Position numbers and translations under genes: made by a program. The notes beneath the pieces were generated by a model. It was not told the origin of the DNA. It ran no database searches and worked only from the letters and a program-made list of their open reading frames with translations. Of a DNA stretch of 64,000 nt, positions 25,078-34,477 are shown one piece after another (position 1 is the first letter of the stretch; the number at the start of each line of letters is the position of its first letter). Source of the stretch: a virus (taxonomy: Duplodnaviria > Heunggongvirae > Uroviricota > Caudoviricetes); IMG/VR virus record IMGVR_UViG_3300035241_000016, positions 1 through 64,000 of that record; one strand, 5' to 3'.

Positions 25078-25560
25078 CTAACGACTCCCTCCAGACGCGG
25101 TTTTCGACTTCCAGTCCTCGCCGTACTGCTCTCGAAACCGCTCGGCTCGCGCCGCGCCGTAGTCCATCCCCATGCAGGTTTCGCAGCATTGAATCTCCGC
25201 CAACGTCTCGCGGTGCCAGGAGTCAACGTGCTGGATAACGGCGTGCTCCATCCCGCCTCCGCTTAGGCCCTGGCCGCCGGCGATTCCCTGTACCGAACGC
25301 CTGAGGGTGTCCTCTTGGCCTTGCTCGTAGGCTTGGCGCTGCTTCTCCTGGCAATCCGCGATCAACTCCCTGTTCTTGGCTCGCTCGGCATCCAGAGTTG
25401 CCAGGAGGTCCAAGCAGCTGCACTCCGCGCAAATAAGGCGCTTGTCGTCAGTGCCTCTGGTGTTGACACAGACGTGGCGCAGGGTGAAGGCACGGACCAG
25501 CTCGACCTGTTCGATCGACAGTGGCCTGGGCTCATATGCCCCGGCTTTCATCTGTTTCAT
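25078..25560 (-). CDS. hypothetical protein ending ...SGGSR; paralog of 52190..52450
   Basis: Contains ADCQEKQRQAYEQGQEDTLRR (cf. DDECQEKQRWAYEQGQEDLRR at 52190..52450) and CxxC pairs. Confidence 0.5.
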   Translation of the reverse strand: MKQMKAGAYEPRPLSIEQVELVRAFTLRHVCVNTRGTDDKRLICAECSCLDLLATLDAERAKNRELIADCQEKQRQAYEQGQEDTLRRSVQGIAGGQGLSGGGMEHAVIQHVDSWHRETLAEIQCCETCMGMDYGAARAERFREQYGEDWKSKTASGGSR

Positions 25561-25573
25561 TCAGCACTCGCCA

Positions 25574-26554
25574 TCAGGCCGCCACCGCCGGGAATTCTTC
25601 CCGCACCCGGCCGTCTAGTTCGGGGTGCTTGGCGGGCCGTAGACCACTAGATTGCTTGTAGAAGAAGGGGATCCCCCAGATGTGGCAGTCGTGGCTAATC
25701 TGCCGCGCCCACTCCTCGCTCATCGGCCTGTAGCCAGGGCCGGACTCCCCACCGACGACTACCCAGTCGAGACCACCGAGCTCCCCTGGGTTGAGGAAAC
25801 TTCTCATGAACCGTCCGAAGTTCAGCGGCCCCAGGAGCGGCTCCCCGCTCACCCAACGCACCGCGGCCCTGGTCTGCGCGACGTAGTTGAAGCGCCACAG
25901 GTAGTCCTGGGACTCGATCGTCGTGCCGCACCAGACGTGGGGCAGCACCGGCGAAGCCAGCGCCGTCAGGGTCGCCTGGTAGTGCTCCGGCAACCGCTCG
26001 GCAATGTTGTTGACGCCGGTGTCGAGCATTCCCGGCAGCAGCAGATCGATGGCCGCGCGCTTCAGCCTCTGAGTGTCGAGCCCGTTGATGTAGTCGCGCA
26101 TCCGTTTCGGGCGCTTCGTGAGCAGTTGGAACGTGTGGTGCGGCGCCAGCGCCATCATGCCGAAGACCTTGTCGAGCCAAGCATCCGGAACCCAATCGCC
26201 GAACAGATCCGTCATTGAGCAGACGAAGATGCGCCGCGGCCGCGTCCAGTGCAGCGGCTGCAGGAGTGTCGGCTCATGCAACTGCAGCGGCTCCTTACCG
26301 GCGTAGACCGCGCCAGCCAGGCTGACCGTCTGCAGCCCCTCGGTGGTGTATGGGTGCCCGCCGTGGTTCACGTGCAGCGTCGAGGCGTAGCAGTTGTCGC
26401 ACGCTGGCGAGACCTTCTCACACCCCCACAGGACCATGTTTCGCGTGACGACTTTCCCGTCACCCGCGGTGGTCGTGTACTCAGTGCCCGGCCGCGCTGA
26501 GCGGATCGGGTTCAGCGTGGCATCGGTCCACGCAATGCCGCTTCTATCGCCCAT
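25574..26554 (-). CDS. phage Gp37/Gp68 family protein (DUF5131)
   Basis: MGDRSGIAWTDATLNP...WGCEKVSPACDNCYA...WTRPRRIFVCSMTDLFGDWVPDAWLDKVFGMMALAPHHTFQLLTKRPKRM matches the family signature. Confidence 0.75.
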   Translation of the reverse strand: MGDRSGIAWTDATLNPIRSARPGTEYTTTAGDGKVVTRNMVLWGCEKVSPACDNCYASTLHVNHGGHPYTTEGLQTVSLAGAVYAGKEPLQLHEPTLLQPLHWTRPRRIFVCSMTDLFGDWVPDAWLDKVFGMMALAPHHTFQLLTKRPKRMRDYINGLDTQRLKRAAIDLLLPGMLDTGVNNIAERLPEHYQATLTALASPVLPHVWCGTTIESQDYLWRFNYVAQTRAAVRWVSGEPLLGPLNFGRFMRSFLNPGELGGLDWVVVGGESGPGYRPMSEEWARQISHDCHIWGIPFFYKQSSGLRPAKHPELDGRVREEFPAVAA

Positions 26555-27028
26555 TTAGACCGTCCTCACGTCCAAACCGTGCTTGTCCTTGAGCCATTTG
26601 CGTTTTGTGGTCCAGTCCTTCGTCGCCATGCCTTTGGCGTCCTCCAGCACGACGCTGGAATCCGGCAGTTCGTACCGGAAGTCGATGAGCATCCGCACGG
26701 CGCGCATGCCCGGCTGAGCCTCAAATAGGACGTACTCGACCTGTTCCTCCAGCTCAGCTATCTCGCCGGCCAGTTCCATCAGTCGGAGCTCACGCCACCG
26801 GCGACACTCACGCAGGCTGTCATGGGGCCTGAATTGGAGCCGCTCCGAGCGGTCGCATGCAGCCACGAACCCCATGCATCCATCGCCCGCGCTGCAGCCT
26901 GCTTTCCCGTGATCGGCAGCGGCGTGGCTGCAGCGACAGGCGCACTTCACGGCGCCGAACTTCGAGCGCCGCGGTGCCTCAGCCAGCCCCATGCGGACGG
27001 CTTCCTTCGCCGACAGGAACACCGTCAC
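26555..27028 (-). CDS. DUF1064-like (NinX-like, putative nuclease-fold) protein
   Basis: C-terminal IDFRYELPDSSVVLEDAKGMATKDWTTKRKWLKDKHG resembles the DUF1064 YxxDFxY...EDxKG...K signature; N-terminal Cys cluster. Confidence 0.4.
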   Translation of the reverse strand: MTVFLSAKEAVRMGLAEAPRRSKFGAVKCACRCSHAAADHGKAGCSAGDGCMGFVAACDRSERLQFRPHDSLRECRRWRELRLMELAGEIAELEEQVEYVLFEAQPGMRAVRMLIDFRYELPDSSVVLEDAKGMATKDWTTKRKWLKDKHGLDVRTV

Positions 27029-27318
27029 CGGACCGCTTCCGCGCGGCTAACCATGAATTGCTGCGCGGCTGGGGTCTCTGCCGGCGTCCTCGCCTGTCGC
27101 GCACGAGCCTCCACGGTATACGCCGTCTCAGTCACACGACTCCAGGCCAAGGCAGCACGCTCAGAAGCACCAGCCAGCAACCACAGGATCAGCGCCACAG
27201 CCACCAACTTGGTCAGCGGGTGCGCTTTCACTCCCCACCTCCATCCAACATCCCGGCCTCGCTGGCTTTGGCGAGCTTCGAGCGATGGCAGCAGCATCCC
27301 AGCGCCTGGCCCGGACAC
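27025..27318 (-). CDS. putative small membrane protein
   Basis: TM LVAVALILWLLAGA; ATGA overlap with the downstream gene; weak. Confidence 0.25.
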   Translation of the reverse strand: MSGPGAGMLLPSLEARQSQRGRDVGWRWGVKAHPLTKLVAVALILWLLAGASERAALAWSRVTETAYTVEARARQARTPAETPAAQQFMVSRAEAVR

Positions 27319-27639
27319 TCCGGCTGGTGCGCGGTCGTCTCCAGCGCCGTCGCCAATTCCATCGCCAGTTCCCGCAGCGCCTCGTGGCTCCGGGCCAACT
27401 TCACAGCCGCACAGCGTGGGTGTGCTCGCTCACAGCCCTCCCAATGAGTCGCTATCAGGGCCGTGTCCAGCGCCGGTGATACCTGCATCGCGGCCACTTC
27501 GGCCGGCGGCAGAATCACGCTCATGCCCACACCTCCAGAGCCCTGAGGTACATCAGCAGGGAGCGGCGCTTCCTCCAGGACCAGCGGGGCGGCGTCACAC
27601 TGCCCGTCTTATCCGCTTCGGCCCTCTCAGTGGTCGCCC

Positions 27640-27712
27640 ACCGTAATGTTTGGGGGCTCTCCCCCTTATAGGGGGAGCCCTCCATTACGCACGAAATATT
27701 CCGAAAGGTATT
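27640..27712. repeat. cruciform-capable palindrome CGTAATG...CATTACG flanking a GC hairpin, plus CGTAAT half-sites, immediately 3' of the helicase gene
   Basis: ccaccgtaatgtttgggggctctcccccttatagggggagccctccattacgcacgaaatattccgaaaggtattacgc; same motif family as 1170..1440. Confidence 0.6.
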
Positions 27713-28991
27713 ACGCACTCTGCACCAGTCCCCAGCGGTCCCCCAACTTCTGGAACCGTTTGCTCTGATTGAGCGTGGCCCGCACCTTGTCCGGACGCTC
27801 GTCCAGCTCGTCCGAAATCTCCCGGACGGTCAGAGAGCCGTGTCGTAGCACGTGCTCGATCCGCATCGTTAGACCGCCGGCCTGAACCAAGGTGGAAGAG
27901 GCTCGAACGTCCTCTGAATGGAGTAGAACGGCAGGCTCGGCCTCGTCCGAAAACCAGTTGGCTCGGATGCCAATAGGTGGCAGTTTCGCGCCGCGATTGC
28001 TCTTGTGGTTGAACAGCCCGATGTGCGCTTCGGAGCTGCCGTCCTCCTGATCCTTGCGGACCTCCCAGGCTTGCCGACACAGGTTCTCCTTGTAAATCGA
28101 GCCGTAAGCCCTTGGGTGTGCGCCTTTGCTGTTCAACCCCTCTTTGCTTATGTGATCGATGCATAAGGGCGTGGCCTCTAGGTAGCCCATCGCCTCGAAT
28201 AACGACAGCGTTGATTCTTCCGGCCCGCCTCGCTCCGACCCTAGACCAGCAGCTAGCCCAACGGAGTCGATAACGTAGAACCCAATCCCGAGCTCAGCAA
28301 ACTCGTTCGCGATGTGATTGGTCTGGTTCTTCAACGGGCCGTTGCGTTTGCAGGACCGCCAGTAGAACTTCGGCCGGTCGATGCCCATGCCGCGACAGAT
28401 GATGGAAATGCGGTAGATCATCTCGTCGTGGTCGTCTTCCCAATCGAGGTAGGCCACATTCGCCTGCCGCACGCGCATGCCCAGGAACTCCCTGCCGGTG
28501 GCCACGCACACAGCGATCGCGGTGGCTATCAAGCCCTTGCAGCTGCCGCCCTCGCCGTACAACCAGGTCGCTGCCCGCCAGGGAACAATGCGCTCCACGT
28601 GGTCAGGCTCGCGCGGCTTCTCCGCCACCTCGGATAGGTCAACGAAGGGCGTCCCCTCGCGCTCGCGGCGCATCACGCCCACGCAAAACTGCTCGACCAG
28701 ATCCCGCCAAGGCACGTTGTCAGCGCGTTCCTGCAAGGCTCGGGCGAGTGTTGTCCGGGCAGTGAGCGAGGAGAAGTTTTGCGTCGCCTCATGGAGGTGC
28801 GGCGGCGTCCCGGGCATGGTGGTTTCCACGGTCAGCACGCCGTGCAATTCCTCACCGCGCCGCTTGAGGAAGTCCGCTCGCATCCGCACCTGCTGTCCCG
28901 GCGGCTCGTAGACGTAGCCGAGCCCTTCACGGCGGAACGCCTCCACGCGCGGCGCGTCCACTGGATCAGGAAAGGCAAGCACTTCCCCCAA
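27711..28991 (-). CDS. replicative RecA-fold helicase/primase-associated ATPase (AAA_25/DnaB-C-like) with C-terminal wHTH
   Basis: GEGGSCKGLIATAIAVCVATG (P-loop, atypical K-G), YLDWEDDHDE (Walker B), C-terminal wHTH LTMRIEHVLRHGSLTVREISDELD; TTG start. Confidence 0.6.
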   Translation of the reverse strand: MGEVLAFPDPVDAPRVEAFRREGLGYVYEPPGQQVRMRADFLKRRGEELHGVLTVETTMPGTPPHLHEATQNFSSLTARTTLARALQERADNVPWRDLVEQFCVGVMRREREGTPFVDLSEVAEKPREPDHVERIVPWRAATWLYGEGGSCKGLIATAIAVCVATGREFLGMRVRQANVAYLDWEDDHDEMIYRISIICRGMGIDRPKFYWRSCKRNGPLKNQTNHIANEFAELGIGFYVIDSVGLAAGLGSERGGPEESTLSLFEAMGYLEATPLCIDHISKEGLNSKGAHPRAYGSIYKENLCRQAWEVRKDQEDGSSEAHIGLFNHKSNRGAKLPPIGIRANWFSDEAEPAVLLHSEDVRASSTLVQAGGLTMRIEHVLRHGSLTVREISDELDERPDKVRATLNQSKRFQKLGDRWGLVQSA

Positions 28992-28992
28992 C

Positions 28993-29382
28993 TCAAGGCA
29001 CCGCGATGCCGCTGAAGGTTGGCTTAGGTCGTTGCCTGGGCCGCGACTGCTCCACGATGCCTTCCCACCGTGCCGCGGCCCAGGCGACGATCACGTCCCC
29101 GAACAGCGCACGCCATAGGCGCATCTGGTCGCAACCCGCGGAGCACTCGGCCGTCATGGTCCAGTCCACCAGCACCTCGAGAGAGAGCGTGGCTTCAGGC
29201 CGCAGCGGATGCAGCGGGCAATGGGTCGTGCCCTTCCGAGCCCGAGCACACGCATGGCAGGAGCAGCCCCGACGCTGACACTCGAGCTGGCGCAGCCGGC
29301 GCTCGATGTCGAGGACGGTAATAATGCCGCGCGTCTCGGTGGGCAGGCTCACGCGGCCATCCAGAGCGCCATGTCCTCGCAT
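28993..29382 (-). CDS. hypothetical Cys-containing protein
   Basis: 129-aa ORF between the PAPS-reductase-like and helicase genes. Confidence 0.3.
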   Translation of the reverse strand: MRGHGALDGRVSLPTETRGIITVLDIERRLRQLECQRRGCSCHACARARKGTTHCPLHPLRPEATLSLEVLVDWTMTAECSAGCDQMRLWRALFGDVIVAWAAARWEGIVEQSRPRQRPKPTFSGIAVP

Positions 29383-29392
29383 AGACGACGAC

Positions 29393-30592
29393 TCATGCCT
29401 CAGACTCCAAGCCCAGCAGCAGGTGCTGCACAGATCCGTTCTCCATCACCTGCGGCAGCAGGACATCGCCGCGGACTTCCGTGCCGTCCCACCCGTTCGG
29501 CCAGGTGTTGGCATCTATCAGCTCGAGGATCCGGGCGTGCTCGGCTGGGTCGATCAGGGTTACCTGCGGCCGTTCGGCAGCCGCCGCACTGATCTCGTCC
29601 TGGATGGCCAGCACGGTCGCGAGGCCAGCCCGCCGGGCGTCCATCGTAAGGGGGCCCATACGCATCGGGTTCAGTGGGATTGAGCCATCCTTGAGGCGCT
29701 GATCGCCTGCCTTGCGCAGCCGGCTATGCGCCTTGGTCAGCTCGGCGTACAGCGGTCGGAGGCGTCGCAGTGGCTCCAGGTAGCGCCAGTGCTCCAGGCC
29801 GAGCAGCATCTCCAGCGCGGTGTCGCGGCTCGCCAGATTGCAGCCCACGCAACCCGTGCGGGCGTTGATTTCCTCGGCCTCATCACCGCCGTAGGCCTCG
29901 GCCACCATCTGCGTCGGGAAGCCCATCCCGGGCGCTTCGAACATCAGCCAGTCCCACACGTGGCAGACGCGCCAATGCAGCAGCGGCGCCAACGTGTCGG
30001 CCACGGCGGTTGGCGTCGCCTCCTGAAACCAGCCCTGGCCGCACTCAGCGCCATCGCGGCTACAGGAAACGGCGATCCGCTGGTCGCGCGCGGCGCTCTC
30101 GCCCAGCCGGACGCCGGTCAGCGCCAACAGCTTCTGGCCGACCTGGTCGCGCAGTCCCTGGAGCGCCGCCATCATCGGCTCGATCTTCAGTTGCGGCGTG
30201 CACCACCGGAAATGGTTCTTGGGCGGGGGCACGCCCCGGCCGAACATGTAGACGAAGAAGCGCTCATCGAGCGGTGGCTTGACGACCTCGGCCCGGTAGC
30301 CGCGCTGGCGCAGCTCGTCAAGGACCCGGAGCGCGGCCACGTTCAGCGGGGGCAACTCCATGCCTGTGTCGGCGTACATGATGGACAGCGACGCAGGCCG
30401 TGGCACAGCGCCCGTTTCGATGAGGTGGATCACGACAGTCACCGTGGCGGTTGAGTCCTTGCCGCCCGAGTAGGCGATAGACCAATGCGGATAGCGCTCG
30501 CCGTAAGCCCGCAGGGACTCGGCCGTCAGTTCGACGCTCTCCTGCATCGTCAGGCGCTCAGCTTCGAACAGGCTCACTCGGCGCACTGTCAT
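29393..30592 (-). CDS. PAPS reductase-family PP-loop ATP pyrophosphatase (DndC/SspD-like)
   Basis: PP-loop WSIAYSGGKDSTATVTVV; 399 aa; C-terminal Cys pair GCVGCN. Confidence 0.7.
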   Translation of the reverse strand: MTVRRVSLFEAERLTMQESVELTAESLRAYGERYPHWSIAYSGGKDSTATVTVVIHLIETGAVPRPASLSIMYADTGMELPPLNVAALRVLDELRQRGYRAEVVKPPLDERFFVYMFGRGVPPPKNHFRWCTPQLKIEPMMAALQGLRDQVGQKLLALTGVRLGESAARDQRIAVSCSRDGAECGQGWFQEATPTAVADTLAPLLHWRVCHVWDWLMFEAPGMGFPTQMVAEAYGGDEAEEINARTGCVGCNLASRDTALEMLLGLEHWRYLEPLRRLRPLYAELTKAHSRLRKAGDQRLKDGSIPLNPMRMGPLTMDARRAGLATVLAIQDEISAAAAERPQVTLIDPAEHARILELIDANTWPNGWDGTEVRGDVLLPQVMENGSVQHLLLGLESEA

Positions 30593-30795
30593 GCAGCCAC
30601 CATCCAGGACCGGTCCTTCTCCTCGCGCCTACGCAGCGCCTCGTGGTTCCGCCGGTCCTCGGCCCAAAGCCACAGAACCGCCAGCGAGCTAGCCGTCACC
30701 AGAAACGTCACCAGCACCAAGTCGATGAGACCCCCGAGCGGGAGATGGACAGGGGTCTGGAGCCCGGCCATGATGGCGTCGATCACGCAGTCCAC
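30589..30795 (-). CDS. small membrane protein
   Basis: TM LIDLVLVTFLVTASSLAVLWLWA; ATGA overlap. Confidence 0.45.
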   Translation of the reverse strand: MDCVIDAIMAGLQTPVHLPLGGLIDLVLVTFLVTASSLAVLWLWAEDRRNHEALRRREEKDRSWMVAA

Positions 30796-30827
30796 CTACG
30801 CCGACTCCAACACCATGTTCGCGCTCA

Positions 30828-31118
30828 TCACGCTGGCATGGCCCCAAAGAGGCTGGCGCTCGTCGCATAGAAGTGGCAGCCCGCCAAGCAATCGGCGCAG
30901 ATGTCCTGTGGCGTCGGCTCCATGCAGTCACACGCGGGGCAGCCGCAGGCGTCGGGGTTAGGATCATTCGGGCCGTGAACATTCGACCGGCCCGCTGCTG
31001 GCACATCTGGCTGTGCGAGGTATGTTTCCGCCGGCCGGCCGTCACCCTCTGCCCTGACCACCCGGCCCAAGTCCTCTGCCAGCGGTGCTACCGAGGCCAT
31101 CTCCTCACCTACGGTCAC
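30828..31118 (-). CDS. hypothetical Cys-rich protein
   Basis: ...DACGCPACDCMEPTPQDICADCLAGCHFY; weak. Confidence 0.25.
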   Translation of the reverse strand: MTVGEEMASVAPLAEDLGRVVRAEGDGRPAETYLAQPDVPAAGRSNVHGPNDPNPDACGCPACDCMEPTPQDICADCLAGCHFYATSASLFGAMPA

Positions 31119-31239
31119 CGGGAGGACTCCGGCGAAGCGCCTACGTCGGCGGGCCGATCAACCCAAGCACGGGACAACACCACAGCGCCCGCGAGAGCCT
31201 GAACAACCAGCCACATCGGCACGGCGGCGCAGGATGGAA

Positions 31240-32385
31240 TCACGACGCCACCTCCTCATGCGGTTCCACTCGCTTGAGCGCGTGAAGAGGCAGCGTGTAG
31301 GTGACGCGCGCGCCGCGGGTGAGCCGCTTCTGCCGCTTGAATTCGACTCGCGCCACCCAGCAGGGCTCGCTGTGGGCGAACCTGGTCTCCGTCCAGGGCT
31401 TGCTGCCCTCGGGCCAGTCCTCGAGATCCTCGACCAGACGAATCTTGCCCTTGTACTCCTCCGCCGGCTTGGCCATGCGGTTGAGCGTCCAGTACACCAG
31501 GTGAACGACACCGACGCGGCCCTTGACGTACTGGCGGCCGGGGACGTCGGCGATACAGTGCACCAGGTCTCCAGGCCGAATATGGGTGGGCTTCTCGCGC
31601 GGCTCCGTCAGATAGGCGCTCCGGCGTTGCTTGTTGCGAGAGCGGTCGAGGAAGGCGACCTGATGGACTTTGTAGGGGCTGCCGACGCGCCAATCCTGGC
31701 CCTGCAGGAGCGCGACCAGCCGCTTGGTAAGCGATCGGCGGACGGCTTGCTCGAGCTCCGCCGGCGGATGCTCCCAATCGATCTCTTCGACCACCAACAG
31801 GTCGGCGGGGTCGATGTAGAAGACCTTGGTGCCTTTGAGGTAGGGCAGCTCGCCGCGGGCCATGTACTTCCGGAGGCGGTAGTCGTGGATCCCGGCGACG
31901 CGCGCGACGCGATTGGTTGTCCATCCATGGCGCTCCCACGTGTTGAGCCCGAGGTCGTAGATCCGCCGGTGGATGGCGTCCGGGGTGCGTTTGAGCTCGG
32001 CCGCGATCTCCTGGCGGGTCAGGATGCCGATGGCCTCCTGGATGAACCAGTCCTCGAGGTCCGAGTACTCCTCATGACTCTTGTTGACGTCGATACCGAC
32101 TGCGGTCCAGGCCGCGCGCATGCTGCCAAAGTAGTTGCCGATGGTGGCGAAGCTCGGGAACTCGCCACGGTTGACGTTGGGCCGCGGCCGCCGGCGCCTC
32201 GTCCGGCGATTCCATTCCCCAGTGCTCAGTGGGGTCTCGTTGTGCAGGGCGTAGAACCGCCGCATGGCTTCAAGCACGCGAGTCCGCGTCCAGTAGGTCC
32301 GTGATGGCAGCTTGGCCTTGGTCCGGATCGCCGGCAGAACTGGGTGCGGCTCCGGGAATATGGGCATGGTGCTGACGACTTTCAT
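31240..32385 (-). CDS. HTH-domain protein (sigma-region-4-like and second HTH, SH3/KOW-like C-terminus)
   Basis: Start MKVVSTMPIF in ATGA overlap with the ParB stop; LTRQEIAAELKRTPDAIHRRIYDLGL; VARVAGIHDYRLRKYMARGELPY. Confidence 0.5.
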   Translation of the reverse strand: MKVVSTMPIFPEPHPVLPAIRTKAKLPSRTYWTRTRVLEAMRRFYALHNETPLSTGEWNRRTRRRRPRPNVNRGEFPSFATIGNYFGSMRAAWTAVGIDVNKSHEEYSDLEDWFIQEAIGILTRQEIAAELKRTPDAIHRRIYDLGLNTWERHGWTTNRVARVAGIHDYRLRKYMARGELPYLKGTKVFYIDPADLLVVEEIDWEHPPAELEQAVRRSLTKRLVALLQGQDWRVGSPYKVHQVAFLDRSRNKQRRSAYLTEPREKPTHIRPGDLVHCIADVPGRQYVKGRVGVVHLVYWTLNRMAKPAEEYKGKIRLVEDLEDWPEGSKPWTETRFAHSEPCWVARVEFKRQKRLTRGARVTYTLPLHALKRVEPHEEVAS

Positions 32386-33230
32386 GCGGCGATCGCCGCC
32401 AGCCGGGCCATGTACTCCGCCAAAGGACACGCGGAGCAGATCGACGGCTCCGATTCCATGCCACAGGCGCAGCAGGTCGCCTTGAACACGTCGGCGAGCT
32501 GGCTAAACGCGATCGTGCGATCACCCTCCGCCTCGAGGCGTTCGAGAGCATTGCGCCGGCACTCACTCAAACCTTGTGGCTCGGCGTCCTGGTCGTCGTC
32601 CGGCGGCCGGCGTGGCGGGCTGCTAACGACACCCTGAGCACGGTCGATGACTCGCCGCAGCTCCAGGACGGTGATCTGTTTACGAGCGGCTATCGCTGCC
32701 AGTCGGCGCTGGTGGGCCGGATCCTTGACGTCGACCAGGACGTCAGCCAGGGTGACCGGCAGCTCGCCGCGGTGAAAGCGCTCTTGCACTTCGGGATCCA
32801 GTTTCAGCAGTACCAGCCGACTGTGGACGCGGTTGTGCGGGACACCAAGCCGGCGCGCTGTGTCGGCCTGAGTCCAGCCGGTGCGTTCGATGAGCGCACG
32901 GAAGGCCTGAGCCTCCTGCAGGGGCGTCAGGTCCTCGCGCTGGATGTTCTCGACCAGCATGATTTCCTGCTGCTCGGTCTCGGTCAGGTGCTTCACGATG
33001 ACAGGGACCTCGCGCTCCTTGGCGAGCGTCGCCGCAGCGTGCCGGCGGTGGCCGGCGACGATGGTGCCCTCGGGCGTGATGAGAAGCGGCTGCAGGACGC
33101 CTTTCTGGCGGATCGAGTCGGCCATCTCCTGGATGCCGGGTGCGGCCGGATCTACGGGCCCGCGTGGGTTGAGCGGATTGGGCTTCAGCGTGTCGGTCGG
33201 CCTGCGATCGCCTGGGGTCACGCGCTCCAC
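32382..33230 (-). CDS. ParB-like nuclease domain (ParB/Srx fold) protein
   Basis: LKPNPLNPRGPVDP...SIRQKGVLQPLLITPEGTIVAGHRRHAAATLAKEREVPVIV is the ParBc signature; C-terminal Cys cluster. Confidence 0.7.
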   Translation of the reverse strand: MERVTPGDRRPTDTLKPNPLNPRGPVDPAAPGIQEMADSIRQKGVLQPLLITPEGTIVAGHRRHAAATLAKEREVPVIVKHLTETEQQEIMLVENIQREDLTPLQEAQAFRALIERTGWTQADTARRLGVPHNRVHSRLVLLKLDPEVQERFHRGELPVTLADVLVDVKDPAHQRRLAAIAARKQITVLELRRVIDRAQGVVSSPPRRPPDDDQDAEPQGLSECRRNALERLEAEGDRTIAFSQLADVFKATCCACGMESEPSICSACPLAEYMARLAAIAA

Positions 33231-33815
33231 CTATGCCGCCTCCAACAGCCGGGCCTGCAGCGGACGGCCCAGGCGATCGCAGGCCTCAAACTGCTGCCCG
33301 GGCGTGCGCTCGAGGCCGGGCCGGAAGATCACGACGCCTGCAGGGAAGGTGGCCGGGCCCGACTTGGCGCCGTCCCTTCCTATCTGTATGTAGGACAGGC
33401 GCCCACGGATCAGCCGCACACGGTCAGCGAAGGGCATGACGTACTCGTGCCAGATGGCGGTATCCGACAGGACCTTGCAGACCATCACCACCAGCGCGCC
33501 GGCCCTCGCCGATTGGCAGGCCTTTGGGACGAGCTGGTGGATGAGCGAGAACGGGGGGTTCAGGAACCCTCGCTCCTGTCCCCAATCCGCGGCGAGCGCG
33601 TCCTCGACGATGCCACCGGGGCCGAACCAGCGTGGCAGCTTGTGGTTGGCTGGCGCCAGGATCTCGTACTCCTGGTCCTGCTCCCGGATGCGCGTCAGAT
33701 GTTCGTGCGATGCGGCGAGATCGATGGTGAAGTCGAACTCCCTGTGTAACGACGCGAACAGGTCGTCCGGGGTCCCGTACAGGTCAGTCTTTGGGGTCGC
33801 GATCGTGCCGGCCAC
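33231..33815 (-). CDS. phage Dam-type DNA N6-adenine methyltransferase
   Basis: LYGTPDDLFASLHREFDFTIDLAAS...FLNPPFS (NPPF motif IV) ...VVMVCKVLSDTAIWHEY...IRGRLSYI matches phage Dam (PF05869-like). Confidence 0.75.
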   Translation of the reverse strand: MAGTIATPKTDLYGTPDDLFASLHREFDFTIDLAASHEHLTRIREQDQEYEILAPANHKLPRWFGPGGIVEDALAADWGQERGFLNPPFSLIHQLVPKACQSARAGALVVMVCKVLSDTAIWHEYVMPFADRVRLIRGRLSYIQIGRDGAKSGPATFPAGVVIFRPGLERTPGQQFEACDRLGRPLQARLLEAA

Positions 33816-33997
33816 TTAGGCGCCCACCAGCAACCGCCGAGCGGCCACGCAAATCCAGCAAGGGGCAATTTCCCCCGCTCCATGGAGGGCGCGATCAACG
33901 CGCAGCCAGGGGCCCAGTTCCATGGAGAATGGGCCGCCGGCCGCCCATCGCAGCCATTCGCCAGGCGAAACCGCCGCTAAGTGCGCGTCCAACGGGC

Positions 33998-34477
33998 TCA
34001 CGAGCAAGCCTTCATCAGGTCACCGAGCGGACCTCGGACGTAAGTCTTGAAGTGGACGAACTGACCTTTGTGCCAGAAGCCCCACTCGCGCTGCGTTGGA
34101 CCGACGAGCACCAAGGTCCAACAGTCCTCCTGGCCGTCGCGCACCGCGAACCCACGCTCATCCCGCAGCCGCCAGAACATCGTGATTCGGTGCCGATGCG
34201 ACGATGGGAACGTCCGCAACCAGGGAGCTGCGTAGGTCCGTTCGCCTTCGTCTGAGCGCTCGAGATAGCGACCCTTCAGGCCGACCGTTACGAACCGCTT
34301 CGGATGGTCGTGCAGGTCGAAACTCCAGTCGTCGCCAACGAAGTGGTGGAGGTAGATCTTGACGGGCCCGACATGGCCGATGACCCATCTGTATAGATAG
34401 GTAGAACAGCGCTCGGCGCCGTTGATTTCCTCAGCAGTTCCAAACAGCCGATCGAGGACCGCATGGGCAAAGTTCAA
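33998..34477 (-). CDS. cupin-like His-rich protein (TTG start, TTGA overlap)
   Basis: IYLHHFVGDDWSFDLHDHPKRFVTVGLKG...SSHRHRI; possible metal-binding cupin fold (inference). Confidence 0.4.
   Translation of the reverse strand: MNFAHAVLDRLFGTAEEINGAERCSTYLYRWVIGHVGPVKIYLHHFVGDDWSFDLHDHPKRFVTVGLKGRYLERSDEGERTYAAPWLRTFPSSHRHRITMFWRLRDERGFAVRDGQEDCWTLVLVGPTQREWGFWHKGQFVHFKTYVRGPLGDLMKACS

Noticed and set aside
26822-27646. 274-aa plus-strand ORF rich in Pro/Ser/Arg/Ala
   Set aside because: Low-complexity antisense-type composition; overlaps better minus-strand genes (26555..27028, 27025..27318) that are linked by ATGA overlaps.
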